From Octopus vulgaris (Eukaryota), in NCBI GenBank assembly GCA_951406725.2, contig OX597829.1:23250001-23314000 (forward strand): a DNA stretch of 64,000 nucleotides. The letters are read 5' to 3'. The notes beneath the pieces are model-generated. The model did no database searches and was not told the DNA's origin. It saw nothing but the letters and a program-made list of their open reading frames with translations. Shown here piece by piece: positions 54,661 through 64,000 of the stretch. Position 1 is the stretch's first letter. Each line of letters starts with the position of its first letter. Position numbers and translations under genes: made by a program.

Positions 54661-54783
54661 CTAGCAAGGCCTTCCATTTCTAAATTTGTAAGAGGGTTAC
54701 CGTGTTTAGCTAACAAATGTACAAGCATTTGTCTTCGAGTTATATTTTCAGGCATTGTGACATAAACACGTTTAGCAAAGCGA
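54661..54783 (-). CDS. SPAST: Spastin exon (123 bp; human exons 13+14 fused): RFAKRVYVTMPENITRRQMLVHLLAKHGNPLTNLEMEGLA(R)
   Basis: tttcag acceptor, gtaaga donor; arginine-finger RRF.KRVYV motif; open frame throughout. Confidence 0.96.
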
Positions 54784-57029
54784 CTGAAACAAACCAAAAG
54801 CACCGTGATTATAACAGTTTTAGTTCTTCAAAAATAGTAGAGACTGATTAAAAAATAGTTTTAACATGTAATAGAGAGAATAGATCTTACGTTTGAAACT
54901 GATACAGCAAATTTGAAAAAGAAATCATTCACAATAAAACTGGGGGTTCCACATATTTAGATGCATACTTAAAGGTACAAGAATAGCTGTGTGGTCAACA
55001 ATTTTATTTCCCAACCAAGTGGATTTTGGGTCCAGTTCCACTGCATAACACCTCTGGCAAGTGTCATCTACTATAGCCCGTAAACCAGCCAAAGCTTTGC
55101 GAGTAGATTTGGTAGACAAAACCCAAAGCAGCCCTGCACGCATGCATGCATGCATGCCGAGGTTGACTTTGCCTTTCATCCTTTCAGGGTCAATAAAGTA
55201 CCAGTTGCGCACTGGAATTGATGTAATCAATTAACCCCCTTCTCCCTAAGTTTCAGGCTTTGTACCTATAGTAGAAAGGATTAAGGCAGTGAGCAGGCAG
55301 AACCGTAAGTGTGCTGGATGAAATGTCTTTACATTCTGAGTTCAAATTCCACCAAGGTTGATTTTGCTTTCCATCCTTTTGGGGTCGATAAATTAAGTAC
55401 TAGTCAAATATTGGAGTTGATGTGATTGACTGTTTCCCACCCCCCCACAAATTCCAGTCCTTGTGCCTATAGTAAAACAGATTATTATTATTATTATTAA
55501 TATTATTATTTACATAAGAATGTCGTAAGAATTTAGAAACTTTGAGAAATATGAAATAATTTGTTTTTAATATCTGAACTCAAAGTAAATAAAGTTATAA
55601 ATAATAATTTCAAATTTTGGCACAAGGCCAGCAATTTGGAGGAAGGGGGAATAATCAATTACATCAAGCCCAGCATTCAACTGATACTTATTTTATCAAC
55701 AAGTATTCTTTATTCTTTAGTTTCAGTCATTTGACTGTGGTCATGTTAAAGCACCACCTTTAGGCAAGCAAATCGACCCTAGGACTTATTCTTTATAAGC
55801 CTAGTACTTATTCTATCGGCCTCTTTTGCCAAACCACTAAGTTAGAGAGATGTAAACGCACCAGCATCAGTTCTCAAGTGATATTGGGGACAAACACAGA
55901 CACCCAAACATATACATGCACATATATATATAACTCTTGGAGTGGTTAGTGTTAGGAAGGGCATCCAGCTGTAGAAACTTTGCCAGATCAGATTGGAGCC
56001 TGGTGCAGCCTTCTGGCTTGCCAGCCCTCAGTCAAACCGTCCAACCCATGCCAGCATGGAAAGCAGACGTTAAATGACGATGATGATATTATACACAGGC
56101 TTCTTTCAGTTTCCGCTACCAAATCCACTCACAAGGTTCTGGACAGCCCGAGGATATAGTAGAAGACACTCGTCCAAGGTGCCACACAGTGGAACTCAAC
56201 CCGGGACCAGCTTATTACCACAATGTTTCTGCTATCTCACTGCCTTAAAGCTATAAAAATATCAGCATGTAAATAGTAAAGTCAAAGGCAGCCTTTTACT
56301 TTTTCTATTGCAAGGGTTTTTTTAAACCCAATACTTACATGTTATTACTATATTTTCTTTCATGGCAAATATTATTTTCCATACTTGAACCACTGACATC
56401 TGGTAGTACCATGAAGATAGCATCTCTGAATTATTCAATTTCTAAACAATTCTATTTTTTCCATCCTACCAAACATACATTTCTCCATATTTATTGATTC
56501 AATCACTGCTGATCGAAGCAAGCTACATGGGAAGCTATATAATAAAGAGTTCAGAAAAGGGCAGAAATATGCAGAGAGTTGTCTTCCATGGTTACCAGAA
56601 AAATTTTTTTTAAAGTATTTGTTACCAAAGATTGTACTTTTCTTCAGCAATCGGTCAGTAAAATAAGTACCAGTCAAGCACTGGGATTGACATAATTGAC
56701 TAGACACCTTCCCCCAAAATTGCTGGCCTTGTGCCAAAATTAGAAAGAAATATATTATTAAAGCAGCGAGTCAACAGACAGGAAATGTTCAGTTGGTCAC
56801 ATTAAACAATGATTGACTGATTGATTAATCAATTAACTGATTAAGTAATAAGTTAATTGAAGATCATTTCTGGAACAAATATTTCAGAGTGCACGTGGTC
56901 TGATTGAAAAGTAAAATAAATCAGCTCAATAGATTAAGTCAGCACTATGTAATACAAAAACGTGTTTTTGGCAACTTCTCAAACGCAAATTTTCGAGTTA
57001 TTCCTCTGTCACTGATGAAGATAGCAATT

Positions 57030-57383
57030 TCAAACTCCACCCGTCTAACACCCGTGGACATATTTACAAAGTAAGAAAACAGCACAGCTCCCATGACTTC
57101 AGGAAACATTTTTTCACGCTGAGAGTTGCTGAAGCATGGAACAGACTGCCGGCATCAGTTGTTAGTTGTCGGAGCAGTGCATCCTTCAAAACTTCCATGC
57201 TCCTGAGATTCGCCAACACTACACTTGATTTTCTCCCCTCCATGCACACACAAGCGTGTATCTGACTCGTACATTGTTCGCTTTCCAGACGTTTCTACAT
57301 TACTGCATGTACTTTATATGCACTTTCTGACAAGTTGTGGTGCACCTGAGCACTGTATACAATAATTTCATTATTATTATTAT
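57030..57383 (+). mobile_element. CR1-type LINE 3' end with (ATT)n tail
   Basis: TRGHIYKV...RKHFFTLRVAEAWNRLPASVV...SFK. Confidence 0.8.
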
Positions 57384-58569
57384 ATGATGGTGTGTGTTTG
57401 TGTGTGTGTGTTAACCATCAACCTGCAAAGACGTTGATGTTGTCATAGAATAGAAGTGGCCAAGGGAAATAACTCTCCTCCAATAAGAGATGGTTGTTTA
57501 AAAAACTGGTCGTTCGACGATGTAGGATTTAACTGATGATTCAACTGAATTATCTGTTCCCGAGTTAACATGCACGTGGCTGAGTATTCCCCAGCCACGG
57601 TTACCTTCTTTACAGCGTGCAAACAATGCTGTACCTTTTTTTTTTTTTTTTTTTTTTTGAATTACATATACGATCTACCAGACAGACAGCTCTGCAGTTT
57701 CCACATACCCCCACGATTTCACTTACAAGGTAATGGATCGACTCGAGACTACAAGAAAAAAAAAAAAAAGCTCTTTCTATAACCTCGACGGCGCCACCCA
57801 GTGGGATCAAACATGTGTCTTCGTGTTTGGGAAGTGGTCATATTGTTAAAACTATTATGACAAACAAATAACAGACTATAATTTGTTTCACTTATTAGAC
57901 AACGTCTTGAAGAATTTTTACTCAAATGAATCGACCCCAGGACTTAAGCCTGGTAGTTATTCTAGCTGTCTCTATTGCCGAACCGTTAATTTACGGGGAC
58001 GTAAACAAACCAACACCAGTTGTCAAGCGATTGGGGGTGGGCAGACACACATATATGCGTTTGAGAAGTTGTCAAAAATGCCTTTGTATTACATAGTGCT
58101 ATCTTATGCTCCTCATTAATGTTCGTGATTCTCTTAACAGAAGGCACTTACCCAAGGTGCCATGCAGTGGGACTGAACCCGGAACTATGTGGTTGGAAAG
58201 CAAGTTTCTTATCACACGGCCATGCCTGCACCTATATACTATTTTTATTTCAGCGGCCGGGGAACATTTTTAACCAATAACGCCAAAATATATTTATTTA
58301 CGCCAACATTACCTCCTTGATTTGAATGGAAGAAAATCATAGAATCTTTGAATTCAAAAGGATTAATGAAGGAACACGTTTTTTTATATAATTTTGCTTA
58401 TGTCTAAGTCCTCATTTTTACCCAGCTTGGGGTAATTTACCCTGGTTCGCCGACACCTGTTCTATTTGAAAGTCCTGTATTTTGCTGTAAGACAGTGTAA
58501 AATTTAAATTTAAAATATCACTACAACAACAACAAAAGAAAGAGATAGGAAAAAGTGGTTAACAGGTAC

Positions 58570-58649
58570 CGTAAAACAGCATCATCTAATTCATGGGGAC
58601 GATTTGTGGCTCCCATTATTAAAATCCTGTCGTCTGAACTTCCTGATAA
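58570..58649 (-). CDS. SPAST: Spastin exon (80 bp; human exon 12 equivalent): LSGSSDDRILIMGATNRPHELDDAVL(R)
   Basis: tcacag acceptor, gtacct donor; second region of homology GATNRP.ELD.A.LR. Confidence 0.96.
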
Positions 58650-59009
58650 CTGTGAGAAGAAATAAAATACGTTAAATTTCAAAAGATATTTAAGGCAAAA
58701 ATATAATTAATTTTATACAAAACAATGACATTGAAAAAATGTTTAACTTGCTCTGATCTCATTAAGTACTTTTTGTCTTTTACAAGTTTCAGTCATCAGA
58801 CTATGGCTATGCTGGAGCAGTGCCTTGAAGAATTTTTAGTCAAATGTATTGTCGACCCCAGTACTTCTTTTTTTGTTAAACTTAGTATTTATTCTATCAA
58901 TCACTTTGCCAAACCGCTAAGTTACATGGACGTAAACACACCTGTTGTCAAGTGTGTGTGTTTGGGGGGAGGGCAAACAGACACAAAGACATGCATACAC
59001 ATTATACAT

Positions 59010-59052
<43 letters not shown>

Positions 59053-59114
59053 CAATTGAGGATAAAATCTTTATAAGAAATTATCAGTAGTTAGCGTGAA
59101 AAACCTCGTAAGAG

Positions 59115-59161
<47 letters not shown>

Positions 59162-59424
59162 GCTTCTTTCAGCATCCAGCTACCAAATCTACTTAGAAGA
59201 GTTTGATTGGCTGAAGCTATAGTTGAAGAATACAATTGCCCAAGGTGCCACACAGTAGGACTGAACCTGGAGCCATGTGGTTGTGAAGCAAGTTGCTTAT
59301 CACAGAACCATACCTGCAGCTATAAAAAATATGTAAGATTTTACATATTTTTGAAGGTAACTGAGTAAAACTATGTGGGATGTTATTTTTCTATTTAATT
59401 TCTCCAATACAAATATATATATAT

Positions 59425-59852
59425 CACTATCCCCAAGGACATACTCTATGGAGAGCTTGCTAGGGGTGCTAGGTCTGTGGGTAGACCATTCTTACATTAC
59501 AAGGATGTTTGCAAAAGGGACATGAAGGCCTGCAACATCAATATTAGCAGTTGGGAAGCAGTTGCTGGCAACCGTGGAGATTGGCGACATACCGTAAAAG
59601 AGGGAATACAAAGGAGTGACAGAGAGAGAGAGGAGAAATGGAAAGACAAGAGAAGACATCAACAAGAAACTATGGCATTACAACCAGCCAGGAACAGTCT
59701 TCGCTACATTTGCGGTACCTGCCAGAGGGAGTGTTTGTCCAGGATAGGACTACACAGCCACAGCAGGAAGTGTATCAGGACATGAAATGTAAAAGCCGGA
59801 CTAGACTATTTTATGCGCAACTCCATTGTCTCCCGAGACAAAAAGGATGCCA
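59425..59852 (+). mobile_element. RTE LINE 3' fragment with C-terminal C2H2 zinc finger
   Basis: PKDILYGEL..G.R.VGRP...YKDVCKRDMK...CGTCQRECLSRIGLHSHSRKC. Confidence 0.85.
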
Positions 59853-60224
59853 ACCAATTGCATTGACCAGGCCATCAGATGGTGTTATATACCACAGGTC
59901 ACTATGTGCTGCATCACAGTGTTGTAGCTTTCAAATGGTGCCACTCTGCTGGCCAGATGTGCAGGCCAACATTTCTCCCTGAGTAGAATGTCAGTCTGTT
60001 GCAAAGAAACCCATTTGCAACTGGATGGATGGGAGCAATGTGAAAGCTTGCTTGGTGAGGAAGGAGGTGTGTTTTGGACATCTCGCAGAATGAGAAATTA
60101 AGACCTACCAAAGGGCAGAAGAATTAAGAGGAGTCAACAACCATACAATGGAAGGAAATGTCTGAAATAAAACCCATTCTGTGAGGACTTGCAACCAGCT
60201 GATGTTATTTATCACAGCATAGAT

Positions 60225-60630
60225 GTTGGCATGAATGCATAGTAAGAAGTTTGCTTCCCATCCACACGGTTCCAAGTTCAATACCACTGCATGGCACCTT
60301 GGGCAAGTGTCTTCTACTATAGCCTCAACCTGACCAAAGCTTTGTGAGTGAGAGGATTAGGAAGACGGAAACTGAAAGAAGCCTGTTGCATATGTGTGTG
60401 TGTTTCTGTGTGCATGTGTCTTTGTCCACCACCACCACTTGACAACTGGTGTTGGTTTGTTTACATCCCCATAACTTAGTAGTTTGGCAAAACAGACCAA
60501 TAGAATAAGTACCAGGCTTAGGAAAAATAAAAAAAAAAGTACGGGCATCGATTCATTTGACTGAAAATTTTTCAAGGTAGTGCCCCAGCACAACCACAAT
60601 CTAATAACTGAAACCTCTGAAAGGTAAAAG
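60225..60630 (+). mobile_element. SINE family A
   Basis: Head, body and tail match; CpG sites decayed. Confidence 0.8.
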
Positions 60631-61644
60631 ATAAAAGTAAAAACAATAGTGGGCTAATGATCTTATAGTTTCATCTATCGACAACTGATAATAAGAGAAA
60701 AATACAATATTTTCAAGTAATTGCTACATTTTTGTTATATCTTGCAAAAAGGACACCAAATCAACCTTTGAGTTTAGTCTCCAAAGTATTGCAGGTCCGG
60801 ATTTGGCCCAGAATGTTTTTAATTTACTCATGGAATTGGCCCGATTCCAAAATGGCATGATATGTTGGGCTACGGCTTCTAAGAGTAAACTTGAAAAAGT
60901 GTGACACACTGACACATTGACATTTGCATTTATATTAGATAAGTGTGTTTGTTTCTTTAGGTGGTTGGGTGGGTGGGTGTTTGTGTCCATGTGCGTGTGT
61001 CTGTATGTGTGTGTGTGTGCACATGTATAGATAGATAGGCATTTGTGTGAAGGTGTGTCGCTTAGTGGCTAGAGTATTTGACTCATGACCTTATGATAAT
61101 GAGTTCAATTCCCTGGCGACGCATTGTGTCCTTGATCAAGACACTTTTATTTCACGTTGCTCCAGTCCACTCAGCTGGCAAAAATGAGTAGTACCCGTAT
61201 TTCAAATGGCCAACCTTATCACATTCTGCATCTCACAGAATCTCCCTGAGAACCACATTTAGAGTACATGTGTCTGTGGAGTGCTCAGCCACTTGTATGA
61301 TAATTTCATGAGCAGGCTGTTCTATTAACTGGATCAACTGATACCATTGTTGTCGTAACTGACAGAGTGCCACAGATATGCATTTGTATGTGTGCATTCT
61401 ACATATCAGCAGTTATTTTTAACCCTTATAAGACAACTTGACCAGTCTATTAGCCCACCATGCCAGTGGTACAAGTAAAACAGAGCTAATGTCTCTAAGA
61501 ATATATCTATACTTCTACCCTGTTAGCATAGAAACAATAGTAAACTTCATCTCTAAGAGTTTAATTAAGAACTTTGATTTCAAAATGTTAAATTGAAAAA
61601 TTACAATTTAAAAAAAAATTTTTGTAACAATGAATGTTTCTTAC

Positions 61645-61736
61645 CCCATCAAATTCTATCAGGAATTCTGTTTTTAAGCGACGACTAGCTTCATTCTCTC
61701 CTTCTCTCCTTTCACAAAGTAAGGAGTCGATTTCAT
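61645..61736 (-). CDS. SPAST: Spastin exon (92 bp; human exon 11 equivalent): (D)[30 protein letters not shown]
   Basis: ttttag acceptor, gtaaga donor; Walker B DE and pore-loop 2 ([10 protein letters not shown]). Confidence 0.97.
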
Positions 61737-62140
61737 CTAAAAAGCAAAAATATTGATGATGATGTTGATGATGATAATACGTAATTTCAGCACATGGTCA
61801 CACATTTATGGCAAGGATATATAGTCAGTGAATCGATCTCAATATGTTATTGAAACTTTCAAATATAGAACATTAAATAATAATTATAATAAATGCCCTG
61901 ATGCAGTACCAGGCAGTGGAAAAAATATGAATTCTGTAGACAAGGTCAGAACAGTACTGGAGGAGTATTTTTTGTTATGGACAAGTGAATTTTGGAAGAG
62001 GCGCCTTGCAAATCTACCAGTTATATAGAAGTGCATTGAAGAAAACAGAGGAGAGTGTATTTTAGATTTAAAAAGAACTTTGTTTATCTTAATTTTGAAA
62101 AATAGAAGAAGTATAAAAAGACTGCATTATTTATGGGATG

Positions 62141-62185
<45 letters not shown>

Positions 62186-62201
62186 GGAAACCGAAAGAAG
62201 C

Positions 62202-62237
<36 letters not shown>

Positions 62238-62583
62238 ATATATATCAGGCTTCTTTCAGCTTCCATCCATCAAATCCATTCACAAGACTTTGGTTGGCCT
62301 GAAGCTATAGTAGAATTCTATTTAAATCCCATAACAGTGATTAAGTAAAAGAAACTAATAGAATTTTTTTTTTTAAATGTAATTACTGGGTTTCAATTTC
62401 TTCAAGGCATTCCCCCAGCAACAGAAGTAAGTATAAAAAAAACAAAAACACTTTTCTAGAGTTCTTTGAGAAATTATTTAATACCATTTTCAATCTTGTG
62501 TTTTCTTCATAAGTATTTACCTCAATGTAACTTTTCATTGGTTTACTAACAAGTATATAAAGATTCAAAAATTTATACATTAC

Positions 62584-62659
62584 CCATAAAAATCACAGCA
62601 GGTTGTAGTTCCCTGGCGACAGCAAAGAGGGCGCGGACTAGTTTTTCTCCTTCTCCAAC
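62584..62659 (-). CDS. SPAST: Spastin exon (76 bp; human exon 10 equivalent): [25 protein letters not shown](D)
   Basis: caacag acceptor, gtaatg donor; pore-loop 1 continuation and start of Walker B; phase is compatible with both neighbours. Confidence 0.97.
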
Positions 62660-63693
62660 CTGTTGAGAAAAAAATTGATAAACTAAAATTTTATATACAA
62701 TTAAAAATATCACTGTAAATTACAAATATAAAATATAAATCACATCTTAATATCACACACACACACATATATATATTATATTATATCATATTATATTATA
62801 TTACACTTGTTGCACTGACACTCAACTCTAGTTGCATGGTTTCTTATAGCAGAAACAGTTGTAAGCTAATGTATGTGATTATGTAACTCCTGTTCTATTA
62901 TCATTTATATAATGATTAATATTTTGTTTTTTATTCAACAGGAGTTATAAAAGTAATTCAAGGGCAAAGAATTTCATGTGTTGATACTTATTAAACTATG
63001 ATAAGTGCTGATGCACAAAACTCTCGGCCCTTAAGTCACTTGTGTAAACTTTCTGCTGGTCAAATATTAAATAGCTTTTGAGTGCTATTTCTGTTTGTAT
63101 TACCAAATACCTCTCTAATTCCCTCTCTTTAGTATCAACCAAATCTTCTGTGAGTTAACATGGGATCCCTTGGTGACAATGTAACCTTCATTTGACTAAG
63201 GTATCTTTGACCTGACAAGTAGCTAGCAGTTTACCCTACATTTAAGTAATTACTATATCCCAAGGTTCTCCCAGTTACGAAACGTATGTAACTTGGATTT
63301 TACTTGCTCCATTCCCCAAATTTGGATTTTATTCCTATACACAGCAACCCCATAAACCATAAAAATAACTTTTTTCTGCTTATCAAACTTCGATATAGGA
63401 AAAAATTTACAACCTTCTACACTATTATTCCTGAAAGTTATTTTTTATATCTTCTATGGATTACTTGAAGCTCACTAACTTGATCCTTGGATCTTATCTT
63501 TACACACACAAACATACATGTATTATTGCATTTGATTTATCTATAATTTAGCTTTCTCCTTTGTCACATGAACTCTGAAAATGCTTTTGTGTGTGTATGT
63601 GTGTGCGTGTGTGGTCAATAATTTACACTTTCATCCGACAAAATCCTAATCTTTTGTAATGTGGAGGGTAAGTGGAAATGATTCAATACTCAC

Positions 63694-63765
63694 ATATTTG
63701 GAAGTTAAACTGGCAGCACTAATATTGAAGAATGTAGCATTTGATTCATTTGCTACGGCTTTGGC
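63694..63765 (-). CDS. SPAST: Spastin exon (72 bp; equivalent to human exon 9): AKAVANESNATFFNISAASLTSKY
   Basis: ttccag acceptor and gtgagt donor; translation matches the spastin AAA region after Walker A (FFNISAASLTSKY). Upstream exons lie beyond the window end. Confidence 0.96.
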
Positions 63766-64000
63766 CTGGAATGGAAACAAGATAAATAAATGGATATTTT
63801 CCCAAGATTTTACCAGAAGAATATAAAAAAGAAAATGTAATATATAAATTTTAAAAAGTATGTAGACAGATCCTCTGCCAATTTCAGCTGTGATTATACT
63901 AATAGTTGAATCAGTTGAAGTAACTGTTCATTGTATTAAAATGTTAGTAGCTAAGTATTCCATAATCGTTTGTAACTTAAATGTAATTCTAAAATAGAAC

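Noticed and set aside
62383-62580. ORF next to a spastin exon as an alternative exon
   Set aside because: No spastin similarity; the flanking exons already splice in frame.

Overview
Eukaryotic, AT-rich, microsatellite- and repeat-dense DNA. The SINE/RTE repeat landscape looks like a coleoid cephalopod (Octopus-like); this is an inference. The only host gene I can support is the 3' part of spastin (SPAST, AAA ATPase) on the minus strand: eight GT-AG exons between 63765 and 33521 that splice into 226 codons including the stop. Most of the ORF track is simple-repeat noise. Transposable elements include a stop-free CR1/L2-type LINE ORF2 split by an inversion (11.8-14.7 kb), an RTE LINE (45-48 kb), Tx1/L1, Dong/R4, mariner and hAT relics, two non-autonomous Helitrons and many tRNA-derived SINEs. 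The most striking signal is a set of sequence-unrelated type I hammerhead ribozyme motifs (stem I - CUGANGA - stem II - GAAAC - palindromic mini stem III - GUH - stem I'). Several have an intact catalytic core (6471-6561 with mirror 5854-5944; 6738-6823; 54443-54486 with mirror 54373-54416; 2066-2111). Most sit in head-to-head inverted-repeat cassettes next to (TA)n runs, always pointing outward. One is joined to a tRNA-like Pol III head, and one pair lies in a spastin intron next to an exon. This looks like a diverse family of non-autonomous Penelope/retrozyme-like ribozyme elements. No activity or database comparison could be run.
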